This document shows, piece after piece, positions 21,001-29,610 of a DNA stretch of 60,094 nucleotides. Numbering within the stretch: the stretch's first letter is position 1; every line of letters begins with the position of its first letter. The stretch is taken from sequence record PZ445424.1; one strand, given 5' to 3'. Made by a program: the position numbers and the translations under genes. The notes beneath the pieces were generated by a model. The model did no database searches. It saw nothing but the letters and a program-made list of their open reading frames with translations, and was not told the DNA's origin. Source of the stretch: a phage.

Positions 21001-21478
21001 TAACGTTAGTTGGATATTCTACGGTCAAGTAAATACCGATGGATCTAGAGTATTTCAAGTTAATGGTTCCGTTAACTGTGTAACTTTAAATCAAAGTTCC
21101 GACCGTGATCTTAAAGACAATATTAAACCAATCAAAGACGCAACAAATGCTTTGCGGAAAATGAATGGTTATACATACACACTCAAAGAGGACGGCTTAC
21201 CCTATGCTGGTGTTATTGCTCAGGAAGTGATGGAAGCTTTACCTGAAGCTGTTAGCAGCTTCACAAAACACGAGTATATGGAAGGTCAAGATGAAGACGG
21301 TAATGATACCAGATATGATTTTGGTAAGCGATATCTTAGCGTCGACTACTCCGCAGTAACTGGACTTCTTGTTCAGGTCTGCCGTGAAGCGGATGATAGG
21401 ATTAGTAAACTTGAAACTGAAGTTGAGGAACTCAAAAAGTTAGTTGCAACACTTGTTAATAAAGAACCTCTACCATAA
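18092..21478 (+). CDS. Tail fiber protein with C-terminal intramolecular chaperone (peptidase S74-like) domain
   Basis: Start refined to ATG 18092. C-terminus (DRDLKDNIKPIKDATNALRKMNGYTYTLKEDG...GVIAQEV) matches the S74 autoproteolytic chaperone motif; internal repeat QGGTGAV occurs twice. Confidence 0.8.
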   Translation: MATRLRGTLVDGLNKPIVNATVALLAKGNSLLVLSGSEAIFKTSATGTYDITVQTGYYKVIIGPQGSEPYKAGEIAIYADSKEGTLNNYLTSWAPEELTPEVIAQVKDLVAQAETAKNASAASATKSEQERVKAETAAQNAVNTANGMKASIGLTTAPRHVPDITVEPTAFLGFIRIVRSTTVGYPDIASSENVLAGFVTAMDGTPGYVGVFVGDFTGTVYTYRWTKNVGAVWWKQVNYSTVNRYSQLNAETNFTNQLGNAKVLIDNNKVWGAYDNDNKRYIPLAIAQGGTGAVNVNDALENFGLGRNSAPRFKHLDLDNASNSTQAASGILNGYLRDSSGVQRTKHRLYSEIKSDGKAWLTMQIYSDESTQKTLGYNIDGDFQIVRNFIGQSLQLSDLTTTHKNLQIDRFKQLSSGTRVYGGPADERYFEVHTGAWGVYNVTENKWIPLAISQGGTGAVTVADAKKNLLIPDGGLDTATRVDKPAGAEDNKYYPIIISQPSGYDGSYLTEIEMTTPSRSASQSPNCNILRAWVRSAGWGDKGTVGFANFFAYDSKEVAILCIRGTTKGQYPHNAVYVKGDAFPVYIRKTVGSRITVPTADWSADASASDKCIYKWGITGDQDGVGDEYGCRNILDFVKGLNGFYCNDYFRDAGGNAYLKDGMNYGGDIKLQVRKLEINGNLTAGNAITAFGPTVANNTFVSQLTNADASQALHQSEFRAGESGGQIVVRDMTSSANHKFFNFNLDGSFSPPNGLLSSTGVDWNSQINTVNKFYGIAGQVNSAENNVVYGGIHVGFSGNYAFQLAGRNNKASFRTFEAGTPGPWMRLITDQYADFKVPIFANKNGEAITIKSTVADNSESGYIAGRNNANARLWYIGKSGPQETVVIRNDMNGNQILLRDGAGDISLDTKDGNKVVYANASNFRLVNSNGKYTRLVTSGTSTHAISMDNWGTTTRPTVFECKYEDPSTSANVSWIFYGQVNTDGSRVFQVNGSVNCVTLNQSSDRDLKDNIKPIKDATNALRKMNGYTYTLKEDGLPYAGVIAQEVMEALPEAVSSFTKHEYMEGQDEDGNDTRYDFGKRYLSVDYSAVTGLLVQVCREADDRISKLETEVEELKKLVATLVNKEPLP

Positions 21479-21495
21479 CCACATCTAACTTCAAC

Positions 21496-21521
21496 AGCGC
21501 GTCTTCGGGCGCGCTTTTTAT
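21496..21521 (+). terminator. Rho-independent terminator after tail fiber gene
   Basis: AGCGCG-TCTTCGGG-CGCGCT hairpin followed by TTTTTATT. Confidence 0.7.
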
Positions 21522-21649
21522 TGGCTGTCAATCCTAATTTACAAAATCTTTACATATGGATCATTGTAAAAACCATGTTAAGGGGTATGCTTTACTTCGT
21601 AACCAGTTGGTTACATCCGCTTAACAAATCCATATATGGAGATTTTCCT

Positions 21650-21934
21650 ATGTCTGACATGACTCTTTTACCTACTAATCTCGGTGGCGACGGTTTCGGT
21701 GGTGAAGCTGGTGCGGCTGGTATCGGTGGCGCGATCGGTGGCTTAATTGGTTCCTGGATCGGTAATGGTTGGGGTGGCAATGGTGGTTGGGGTGGTCGCG
21801 GTAACTTTGCCGGCCCGGTGGAAGTGCAAGCTTCTGTTGACACCAACGCAATTCTGCAAGCTATCAACAACGGTACTCTTCAGACCATTCAGGGGCAGAA
21901 CGGTACTAACCTGACTGTTGGATTATGGGAGTGA
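21650..21934 (+). CDS. Glycine-rich small protein (membrane-active peptide-like)
   Basis: Start refined to ATG 21650 (GGAG RBS). Gly-zipper tract GGDGFGGEAGAAGIGGAIGGLIGSWIGNGWGGNGGWGG. Confidence 0.4.
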   Translation: MSDMTLLPTNLGGDGFGGEAGAAGIGGAIGGLIGSWIGNGWGGNGGWGGRGNFAGPVEVQASVDTNAILQAINNGTLQTIQGQNGTNLTVGLWE

Positions 21935-22158
21935 TACCGCCTACGCCGGGCACTATCGAACGACCCGTGAATGTGATGTATGTCGGCTTCCACCAGTTTA
22001 AAATCACGATCGCTCCAAACTCCATTAGTCAGTCAGATCTTGATCGTATGCACGTTTACGTCAGCGATGGTACAGACTTTGCAGGTGATTTTATTAATAA
22101 GTTTCTTGGCGTGCAACCGGAGCAACCTGTAGAAGCCCGCGAACATATTAGTCCGTGA
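21925..22158 (+). CDS. Hypothetical protein
   Basis: 77 aa ORF overlapping end of preceding gene; weak RBS; start uncertain. Confidence 0.25.
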   Translation: MGVIPPTPGTIERPVNVMYVGFHQFKITIAPNSISQSDLDRMHVYVSDGTDFAGDFINKFLGVQPEQPVEAREHISP

Positions 22159-22240
22159 CCACCAATGATTGATCAGGAAGTGTTGCAGCCAAAGACCGCT
22201 CAAACGGTCCCTCAGAAACCGGAGCAGAAGGTGAAACCAA

Positions 22241-22525
22241 ATGACGAAGAATGAAGGTATTGATAAAGTTGTTGAAGGACTTTCTATTCGTGCTCATGTC
22301 ATAGTCGATGAAGGTCATGATCAACTCACAATTATGAAATCTGCATTCAGCGATTTCAAGTCGCTTGGAAACTTAAGCGGGTTAATGACAGTAGTGTCGA
22401 CCGGAAAATTAACCCAGCAGCAAATCAGTCTGGCTCAGCGTATTGCTGTTAAAGTTATTGCGGTACTTGGGATGATTGAAGCTGAAAAGCCCAGTTCCAA
22501 GCAGGATAACGAAAGCGACCTTTAA
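22241..22525 (+). CDS. Hypothetical protein
   Basis: 94 aa ORF with RBS GAAGGTGA. Confidence 0.4.
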   Translation: MTKNEGIDKVVEGLSIRAHVIVDEGHDQLTIMKSAFSDFKSLGNLSGLMTVVSTGKLTQQQISLAQRIAVKVIAVLGMIEAEKPSSKQDNESDL

Positions 22526-22536
22526 GGAGGTCTACG

Positions 22537-22740
22537 ATGTGTGGTAATACTAACCGTTGCTGTCTAGGCAGTCCTGCAACACAAGCAGGTATACTTCAGG
22601 GGCAATTAGCTCAAGCAGCGTGTAATTGCAAAACTTTTCAACCAGTAGCGCCAACTCCTGTGTTTGTGAATGCTTTTGCACCGCCTGTTTTCAATACTTT
22701 TGGCGTATACCCATACGGTGCTTTCTTTCGTATATTCTAA
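22537..22740 (+). CDS. Hypothetical small Cys-containing protein
   Basis: 67 aa, N-terminal cysteines (CGNTNRCC, CNC); strong RBS AAGGAGG; last + strand gene before the convergent terminator. Confidence 0.4.
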   Translation: MCGNTNRCCLGSPATQAGILQGQLAQAACNCKTFQPVAPTPVFVNAFAPPVFNTFGVYPYGAFFRIF

Positions 22741-22748
22741 GAAGAGAA

Positions 22749-22768
22749 AAGGGGGCAAACGCCCCCTT
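22749..22768. terminator. Bidirectional intrinsic terminator at late/early block boundary
   Basis: AAGGGGGC-AAAC-GCCCCCTT hairpin between convergent genes, T-tracts on both strands. Confidence 0.65.
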
Positions 22769-22771
22769 TCT

Positions 22772-23053
22772 TTAACGCTTATGAAAAGCTGACAGGATTG
22801 CAAGTGTTACAGCACCCAATCCGACGACGGTAGCATAAGTGAGTTGATGTTGAACTTTAACAAAACCGTAATAGGTGCTAGGGATCTCCACAACCCCAAA
22901 CGCCATAGCAAAACTTGTCCCAAGCAGTGCAACAGCAAGGGCGCGTAATAACGCCCTGCTCATTGCTATAAAACCTTTCTCGTTACTGTCTCCCGTCATT
23001 ATAACCACAATTATAAGAAACAGTGCAACAACTACCAGAAGCAATTCCATCAT
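22772..23053 (-). CDS. Small membrane protein (about 3 TM segments)
   Basis: 93 aa with hydrophobic stretches LLLVVVALFLIIVVIM and VTLAILSAF. Confidence 0.45.
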   Translation of the reverse strand: MMELLLVVVALFLIIVVIMTGDSNEKGFIAMSRALLRALAVALLGTSFAMAFGVVEIPSTYYGFVKVQHQLTYATVVGLGAVTLAILSAFHKR

Positions 23054-23262
23054 TTGCGTCTCCTGTACATGTATTGATCATAAGCAGTCGCAATAATAGT
23101 GACTGGCCAGCAAGCGAGTATACATAGAAGACTTACAATCTTCTCCCAACGTTTCTTATAGGCTAGCGCATAATCATAGTTATTCCAACAAAAGAAATAA
23201 GTCATTGCTGCAATAACTGCGCCAATTACAAAATACATAACCACATATTCAGTCATTAACAA
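23050..23262 (-). CDS. Small membrane protein (2 TM segments)
   Basis: 70 aa; two hydrophobic segments and basic C-terminus RRRK; overlapping stop-start with neighbours. Confidence 0.45.
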   Translation of the reverse strand: MLMTEYVVMYFVIGAVIAAMTYFFCWNNYDYALAYKKRWEKIVSLLCILACWPVTIIATAYDQYMYRRRK

Positions 23263-23446
23263 ACTCCCATGTTAAATGATTACGATATACACCGTTGTCT
23301 ACATACCGTCCGGGACGTGGATCAAAGCTAGGTACAGTAAATGCTAACGTTCCCGCAGTGTAAAGTTGCACCTTTTGTCCGTCCCACGGTCCGCCTATCA
23401 ATTTAAAGGTCTGTCGATAACCTTTTGCTGCTCTAGCCATATTCAC
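23249..23446 (-). CDS. Hypothetical protein
   Basis: 65 aa ORF in tightly packed - strand series. Confidence 0.4.
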   Translation of the reverse strand: MNMARAAKGYRQTFKLIGGPWDGQKVQLYTAGTLAFTVPSFDPRPGRYVDNGVYRNHLTWEFVND

Positions 23447-23483
23447 TCCTTAAAATACCCGCGCGAACGCGGGTATTATTTTA

Positions 23484-23690
23484 TTACGCTTCCGGTGATT
23501 CCGGAGTTGACTCATCTGGAACAACAATAACGTCCGCTAAAACTTTTAACGCTTCTTGCTGCTCCGCGGTCATATTATTCCAGTAATAGACGTGAATGTA
23601 AACTACTGGTTTATCCCCATGTTGCCACGGTTCGCGACTTACTACATCCACACCTAAATCGCTTGCTACGCTCTTTTCTTTACCAGCCAT
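23484..23690 (-). CDS. Hypothetical protein
   Basis: 68 aa acidic ORF. Confidence 0.4.
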   Translation of the reverse strand: MAGKEKSVASDLGVDVVSREPWQHGDKPVVYIHVYYWNNMTAEQQEALKVLADVIVVPDESTPESPEA

Positions 23691-23722
23691 GCTAATATAC
23701 CCCTTTAAGGTTTTACACGCGG

Positions 23723-24016
23723 CTAGCCCCCAAAAGTACCCCTATGATCAAGGGTTCTAATGCGCTGCTCCAGCCAACGTGCGTTCTTTTCAAAATGTTT
23801 ATTGGTACGCGCTGCTTTGCACGCATCAATAATACCTAACTCACATCCAAGCTGCGTTTGCCCCATCACGTAAGAATGAGTTAACATGCTGGATACAAGG
23901 TCTTCACATTGTAACTTAATAGGATGGTCTTGGCATAGTTTCTTTGCTGCATCTTTTAAATCCACAGCTTGGACACCAGGCGCTATCAGCAAAGTTACGA
24001 GTAATAAACGTTTCAT
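23723..24016 (-). CDS. Secreted protein (signal peptide, Cys-containing)
   Basis: 97 aa; N-terminal signal peptide MKRLLLVTLLIAPGVQA with AxA-like cleavage site; four Cys in mature part. Confidence 0.45.
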   Translation of the reverse strand: MKRLLLVTLLIAPGVQAVDLKDAAKKLCQDHPIKLQCEDLVSSMLTHSYVMGQTQLGCELGIIDACKAARTNKHFEKNARWLEQRIRTLDHRGTFGG

Positions 24017-24300
24017 TATGCTTTCCCTTTACGACATAAGGCTTGAAGTTCCAGAAGCGCATCAATGTCTTCCTGTGGAGTTACACCAACGTGAATTGGA
24101 TATTTAGCGCGGCATTCGTTGCCGACTTCAACAGTGTGGTTAATGTAGCCGTAAACACATCCACCAATAACAGTGAAGATAAGCGCAACAATCATTGTAA
24201 GGTATTTACCTTGTTTGCGTTCTTCATTTTGTTTATTAAGCTGACGGTTAAGTTCCACAGCATCAATTTTACCTTTATTGTAATCGTCTACTAAGCTCAT
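24016..24300 (-). CDS. Membrane-anchored protein (single TM)
   Basis: Start refined to ATG at 24300 (RBS AGAGGAGA); TM segment LTMIVALIFTVIGGCVYGYI. Confidence 0.45.
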   Translation of the reverse strand: MSLVDDYNKGKIDAVELNRQLNKQNEERKQGKYLTMIVALIFTVIGGCVYGYINHTVEVGNECRAKYPIHVGVTPQEDIDALLELQALCRKGKA

Positions 24301-24364
24301 TTTGTATCTCCTCTTGTTGTATGCATATATTAAAACAGACCCGCGAAGGGTCTGCAAGTAGAAT

Positions 24365-26350
24365 TTAGGCGTATCCCATGTCTTCGAGATACTTCTCTGC
24401 TTTAGCTATATAAGCATCATAATCTATGTCGTCCGGTACTTTATCCGGTAGCGTCATGATCGGAACACCTCCCGCGCTACCAGCTACACGGTTGCCCGAG
24501 TTAGCATAGATTATTTCAGGTGTTTCTTCATTAGTGCTTAAGTACCAGCGTACAACCTTACCCAAAAATTCGCCATTCCATACCGCACCGCCTTTTACCG
24601 CACGTAGGATAATGAATTTTCTAATATCGTTGCAATTGCGTATAGTACGAGAAACAGGCGTACCGTGGGCCAAACATTCACATACAGCTTCCATAATAAT
24701 TTCACCAGTACAGTTCTTTTGAAGACCTGTTTTTGCGAACCACCCTTTACGTTTGATTTCAACATTTCCTTCCTCGTCAGGTTCTTTTACTGCTACATAG
24801 TTGTTGACGTTAGCACTGTACAACTTGTCATAGTAGTTGGATTCCATTTCAAAACCTGTGACAGACTCCCACCACTTGATCATGCTATCGACGAACTCCT
24901 GCATGTGGTCAGGGTACTTAACCACAATACCATCCGTGTTAGCTGAAATTACTTTAACACCGTTCAGTTCAAACGCTTCAATAAGCATTAACAGCGATAG
25001 CTGTCCGGTTAATGTAACTTGTATCAATAATTGCGGAGCGTACAGTACGGACCACATTGATCCCAACTTACCGAACGATCCGTTGATTACGATCTTCAGC
25101 GTATTGGCTGTGTTCTTGTCCCCTGAGTGCTTAGCTGCAATACGTCGGTCTACAATGCTTTTATAAACACGAAGAAACGCTGGTCCCAACTGCTCAGGAT
25201 ACAAGCCCTGATTAAGAATAATAGAAGGGTAATAGGACGTTACGTCAATGTCCCGCTTCTTAATACCTGGCTCTTTACCGTGACCAGCACATTCTTCAGA
25301 GCTGTGCAAACCGCCAATACCCATACGGTAAACACCGTCTGCAATCTTAATCTCAAGCCCTGTTAACGCTGGGGGTAGGCTAACACCACCGTTATCGCTA
25401 ACAACAAAGCGGCAGTCCCGAACAATATCCAAAACACTATTCATTAGAGGTGTTTGAAAACGAATGAAATCCGGTATGTTGTATGCATACTTTGTTCCAG
25501 GATAAACTTGTGGACGCTGTGGGCGCACGCCCGTCAACGCTTGAATTTCGTGTTTAATTACGTCTTCTGCAATCTGCGCATCAGAACGTGAACGCAGATC
25601 CACACCATATTCTTGCGACATAATTTCACGCAAGTGAATAGGCTCTTGCAATGCAATAAAACATTCTTCCGTCTGTACAAGGTCGTTAATACAGTACCAG
25701 CGTACAATTAACATCTGGTCCTGCGTTAACATTGTATTTGGCTTGAACGGTAAATCCTGCATACGGCGAGTATGTACACGTCCGCCATATTGTTTCAAAC
25801 CACCAGATCCAGGCAGAACTTCCATAATATCAATGTGGTTAACGTTCTGCATACGCTTAAGGCGGTAACTCTTCAACACATCGGAAGGACGCCAGTCTTC
25901 CACGATTATCTTATCGGTTGCATCTTTAAGCTGAGCATTAGAGCAGCCGTTAAGCGCAAGCGTAGCAATGGGCATATCGTACCCGTTACCGTTAAAGCTT
26001 ACGATAAGGAAGTTTGTCATTACCCAGTTAAGTAACAAGCAATTCAAACTACAACCGTGATACATCTCGAAGTAGACAACTTTCTTAGTTCGTACTCCGC
26101 GAAATGCAATTAAGAAATAGTTTGGATAACATTCGATATCGTATACAAGCGGTTCGCGGTTAATCCATGCTTGAATAAGTTCATCCTGCGTATACAGGTT
26201 GTATTGGAAGTTCCGTGCTTCCTCAAGGTTAGGTAGATAATCCGGGCGCTCCCAAGTGCGCTCCGGCGGTAAACGTTTAACTTTTTCTTTCTTTGCTTTT
26301 GGCTCAGGCGGTAAGTCCTGCCAAAAGAAACCAATAGCATCTGTCCGCAT
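24365..26350 (-). CDS. DNA polymerase, family B-like
   Basis: Start refined to ATG 26350 (TAATG coupling with upstream gene). Exo I DxE (VYDIECYP); motif A DxxSxYPSII (DVTSYYPSIIL); motif B KxxxNSxYG-like (KIVINGSFGKLG); motif C variant SANTDGI in place of YGDTDS. Confidence 0.7.
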   Translation of the reverse strand: MRTDAIGFFWQDLPPEPKAKKEKVKRLPPERTWERPDYLPNLEEARNFQYNLYTQDELIQAWINREPLVYDIECYPNYFLIAFRGVRTKKVVYFEMYHGCSLNCLLLNWVMTNFLIVSFNGNGYDMPIATLALNGCSNAQLKDATDKIIVEDWRPSDVLKSYRLKRMQNVNHIDIMEVLPGSGGLKQYGGRVHTRRMQDLPFKPNTMLTQDQMLIVRWYCINDLVQTEECFIALQEPIHLREIMSQEYGVDLRSRSDAQIAEDVIKHEIQALTGVRPQRPQVYPGTKYAYNIPDFIRFQTPLMNSVLDIVRDCRFVVSDNGGVSLPPALTGLEIKIADGVYRMGIGGLHSSEECAGHGKEPGIKKRDIDVTSYYPSIILNQGLYPEQLGPAFLRVYKSIVDRRIAAKHSGDKNTANTLKIVINGSFGKLGSMWSVLYAPQLLIQVTLTGQLSLLMLIEAFELNGVKVISANTDGIVVKYPDHMQEFVDSMIKWWESVTGFEMESNYYDKLYSANVNNYVAVKEPDEEGNVEIKRKGWFAKTGLQKNCTGEIIMEAVCECLAHGTPVSRTIRNCNDIRKFIILRAVKGGAVWNGEFLGKVVRWYLSTNEETPEIIYANSGNRVAGSAGGVPIMTLPDKVPDDIDYDAYIAKAEKYLEDMGYA

Positions 26351-27303
26351 TAGACACGTTCTCCAATTAATACACCGCGAAGATTTTCCCCAAAGAATGC
26401 GCAAGGTTGGGGGTATAAACTAAAGTCCGCAGTCTTAACCACATTTTCAAGCAATAGCAGGATGTCAATATTGTACACTCCCGTTATTGTGCGGTCCTGT
26501 AATACGAAGCTTGCACCTTCTGCATCATCATAGTGAGTACGGGCTAGACCGTTTTCAATATATACGCGAGGTCGGTCTTCTGCGAACGGTTTAATTTTAT
26601 GCAAGCCTTCAAAAAGACCTGGATCAACAGGATGTGCATTGCATGGAACATTTAAAATACGACGTATATCGGGCCATTCCGCATCAATAAGCTGTGTCCG
26701 CAACCAGCGACCTTCCGGATAATGAAACGTTACGTTATTTTTACTAACCTGAATATGCGTCGGGTTAGCTTTAATACGCAGTATTTCTTTAATTGCAACG
26801 GAAGGTATTATGCAATCGATAGGGAACTGATTACCAAACCAGTATTCCGCAATAGTGACGTTATTTGTAGCAAACAGGCTACCGTTATTAATCAGGATAC
26901 CGCAAGCCCACGGACGGGAAGCATCGGACCCAACAAATGGAGCAACGGACTTTACACCATGCACGAAGCGAGCACCGTCTATTTCGTACAAATCACCTTC
27001 AGGGAATACGTGAGGCGTTTCCTTGTCAATGCAGCGTATAGCAACACGAAACGGTCCGGACTTGATATTAAGTTTACCGTTAGCCATCATTGTTAACTGT
27101 ACGGTTTCGTCACAGTTTGAAATAGCTTTAATCATAGGCCCAGCTTCGGGCTTGCAATCAATATCCAGCTCAATAGGGCTACCCAGTGCAATAACACCGT
27201 TAAAGCCTTGCACCTGCCCGTCACGAATAAGAAAACTGGTAAGCCCTTCTACCAGTTCCTTTTTAGCAACGGAACCTTGAACAAATTTAAGAGCGTCAAG
27301 CAT
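26350..27303 (-). CDS. Hypothetical protein, translationally coupled to DNA polymerase
   Basis: 317 aa ORF, stop overlaps polymerase start; no motif recognised. Confidence 0.4.
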   Translation of the reverse strand: MLDALKFVQGSVAKKELVEGLTSFLIRDGQVQGFNGVIALGSPIELDIDCKPEAGPMIKAISNCDETVQLTMMANGKLNIKSGPFRVAIRCIDKETPHVFPEGDLYEIDGARFVHGVKSVAPFVGSDASRPWACGILINNGSLFATNNVTIAEYWFGNQFPIDCIIPSVAIKEILRIKANPTHIQVSKNNVTFHYPEGRWLRTQLIDAEWPDIRRILNVPCNAHPVDPGLFEGLHKIKPFAEDRPRVYIENGLARTHYDDAEGASFVLQDRTITGVYNIDILLLLENVVKTADFSLYPQPCAFFGENLRGVLIGERV

Positions 27304-27539
27304 TAGGAGTCCCCATCTAAGTCTACAAGATACTCAATCTTTAATCTAAAAGGCCCCATATACGATGTAATGGCCATAATACGACCCTCGTTTTTCTCCC
27401 ATATCCAGGGCTCAGGGGGTGGTGGGGTAACTTTTGGTACATAGCCCGCGTTTGTTAACTTAGCGATAGCAACACGACCTACCGCTTTACCCCCAGCTTT
27501 AGATTGGGAAGTAATATATTCTTCACACACAGGTGTCAT
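27303..27539 (-). CDS. Hypothetical protein
   Basis: 78 aa ORF; contiguous with DpdA-like gene. Confidence 0.4.
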   Translation of the reverse strand: MTPVCEEYITSQSKAGGKAVGRVAIAKLTNAGYVPKVTPPPPEPWIWEKNEGRIMAITSYMGPFRLKIEYLVDLDGDS

Positions 27540-27766
27540 TAGCGATCCTCGATTGCTCTAATTGTGGTTAAATCTAATTCACAGGTTGGAGGGTATCCAT
27601 AAAGTCCCATTTGTTTTCCTTGTGCATTAAACCATGTGCCTGACGGATCCTGCCACTGCTTGGGTGTCTTGTGGAGAAATACTACTCTGTTTTCACCGTA
27701 ATAATTAATTCTTACGCCTGTGTGAGTATATTTACGTTTACCTTTTGGTCTTCTTAAGTTAGCCAT
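27539..27766 (-). CDS. Hypothetical protein
   Basis: 75 aa basic ORF immediately downstream of DpdA-like gene. Confidence 0.4.
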   Translation of the reverse strand: MANLRRPKGKRKYTHTGVRINYYGENRVVFLHKTPKQWQDPSGTWFNAQGKQMGLYGYPPTCELDLTTIRAIEDR

Positions 27767-28686
27767 CAGAACAACTCCATTACACGATCACGGAATGTGC
27801 CGTCATGGGTAGCGTTAATGTTTGCAGCAATTACACCATACGCCCATAAGTTGAAGGCAGCACGTGATTCATAGATTGTTGATAAACGTTCGTAAGTGAA
27901 ACCGTTTTGCTCAAGGTATTTAAGGACAGCGTCTTGTTCAATTTCAGTTAATGTTGAAACATGCTTACCAAAATGATGGCGGTCCGGTGACTTATCAGAT
28001 ACGCGCATTGGACCCCACGGAGGAGTAACCACACTTCCAAACGCAGCCGCTTGAATCCAGGAGGATGAGTCACAGCTATACCACGGATAACGCTCCATGA
28101 TGGTAGTGGACGTAATACCAAATGCATGAAGCTTAATCTTAGGGCGACCGCTACCATCGCAAATGTATTTGTCCCACATGCGGTCCAACCAAGTTTTAAG
28201 CGTGTCCGTGGAACGCCCTACCATGCCCCCAATCGTGATATATTCGTAGTTCTTCATGTAGTATTCAAGATAGCGGAAGTCCTCCCCAAAGTGAAAGCAC
28301 GGTAACGGTTTAGCACCGCGTGCTTCCATTTCAAGCTGGTTACGGTATGTTTGCAGCGGATCACCGATACCGTCGAGCACTGACGCCATTACAGCACCAT
28401 CTTCTACGCGAAGGATGTCTTTGTTGCGCTTGATGTATTCGCAGTATTCAACAATATCAATGTGAGCACCCAAAGAGTGCGCAGAGAATGCACCGGAGTC
28501 GAGAAACACTTTAGCCCCATCCGCACGCATTTGATCAACATACTTCTGACGTCCAACGTAGTGGTATGATTCCAAAATATGGGGCAGATTGCGCGTGATA
28601 TTTTTCTCATGCTCAGACAGCTTTTCATAACGCTGCTGTCCAGGCATATATCCGTTTGTGTAAACTGCTGCCATAAAAACGTTCAT
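27766..28686 (-). CDS. dpdA: DpdA-like DNA-guanine transglycosylase (TGT superfamily)
   Basis: 306 aa; VFLDSGAFS matches the catalytic-Asp DSGG(F)Q motif of tRNA-guanine transglycosylases; embedded among FolE/QueD/QueC/QueE genes; GGAG RBS. Confidence 0.65.
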   Translation of the reverse strand: MNVFMAAVYTNGYMPGQQRYEKLSEHEKNITRNLPHILESYHYVGRQKYVDQMRADGAKVFLDSGAFSAHSLGAHIDIVEYCEYIKRNKDILRVEDGAVMASVLDGIGDPLQTYRNQLEMEARGAKPLPCFHFGEDFRYLEYYMKNYEYITIGGMVGRSTDTLKTWLDRMWDKYICDGSGRPKIKLHAFGITSTTIMERYPWYSCDSSSWIQAAAFGSVVTPPWGPMRVSDKSPDRHHFGKHVSTLTEIEQDAVLKYLEQNGFTYERLSTIYESRAAFNLWAYGVIAANINATHDGTFRDRVMELF

Positions 28687-28689
28687 TTC

Positions 28690-28896
28690 TTACTCCACGT
28701 TGTTTAAAGCGACTACTTCAATGAGATAATTTTCTTTCTTAAAGCATTGCTCGCTTAAGATCTGTTCAACTCTAACATGCAGATCCGCATGAATTTGTTT
28801 TGCGTTACTGCTTTCAGCAATACCGTCCATACATAACAGAACTCTGAAAGTACCTTTTTCTACAGCTCGAACGTTGAAAAAGTATTGTCTTACCAT
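28690..28896 (-). CDS. Hypothetical protein
   Basis: Start refined to ATG at 28896 (GGAGGG RBS); 68 aa. Confidence 0.35.
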   Translation of the reverse strand: MVRQYFFNVRAVEKGTFRVLLCMDGIAESSNAKQIHADLHVRVEQILSEQCFKKENYLIEVVALNNVE

Positions 28897-28912
28897 ATTC
28901 CCTCCAATGACT

Positions 28913-28949
28913 AAAAAGCCCATACCAGTATTATGACCGATATGGGCTT
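28913..28949 (-). terminator. Putative intrinsic terminator inside the deazaguanine cluster (downstream of folE)
   Basis: On - strand: AAGCCCATA / TATGGGCTT 9-bp stem with 16-nt loop, followed by TTTTT. Confidence 0.4.
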
Positions 28950-28967
28950 GATCTGTAAAGCTATCTA

Positions 28968-29609
28968 TTATTTACAAGCTTCGAGGAACTCCCGGCGCCA
29001 TTCTTTACCAATATTGCTACCATGCTCCAGTTCTGTAGCGCCCCGGAATGCTTTGGTAATAGTAGAGCTGCCGCATACCTGCTTGACCCCGCGCGACTCC
29101 ATACACATATGCTTAGCATCGATGTAAACGCACACAGCTTTCGGGTCTAAATGCTCCTGGATGGCATCTGCAATCTGGTTAGTAAGACGTTCCTGAACTT
29201 GCAGTCGACGACTAAAAGCATCAACCACGCGAGACAGTTTACTGAGCCCCACAATGCGACCGTTAGGAACGTACCCCACAACAGCACGACCAATAATGGG
29301 AGCCATATGGTGCTCGCAATGACTGTAAACAGGAATATCCCGTACAATAACCATTTCATTAGTATTTTCCGCCCCATCCTCAAAGGTCTTAAACAGCCCA
29401 GCAATATCTGCATCGTAACCGCTAAACCATGTAGCATAAGCTTTAGCTACACGATCTGGAGTCTCTGCTAATCCTGGACGTAACTCAATGCAATCTTCAA
29501 TCTGAGTTAGTAAAGTATGCACCGCGCGAGCAATACGGAATTGAGTACCTTCGTTATCAATAGTAAATTTTGGCATGGTTTGCAGTTTCCTTGTTGTTAA
29601 TGTGGTCAT
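28968..29609 (-). CDS. folE: GTP cyclohydrolase I
   Basis: 213 aa; canonical motifs [10 protein letters not shown] and [10 protein letters not shown]...RLQVQERLT. Confidence 0.85.
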   Translation of the reverse strand: MTTLTTRKLQTMPKFTIDNEGTQFRIARAVHTLLTQIEDCIELRPGLAETPDRVAKAYATWFSGYDADIAGLFKTFEDGAENTNEMVIVRDIPVYSHCEHHMAPIIGRAVVGYVPNGRIVGLSKLSRVVDAFSRRLQVQERLTNQIADAIQEHLDPKAVCVYIDAKHMCMESRGVKQVCGSSTITKAFRGATELEHGSNIGKEWRREFLEACK

Positions 29610-29610
29610 A

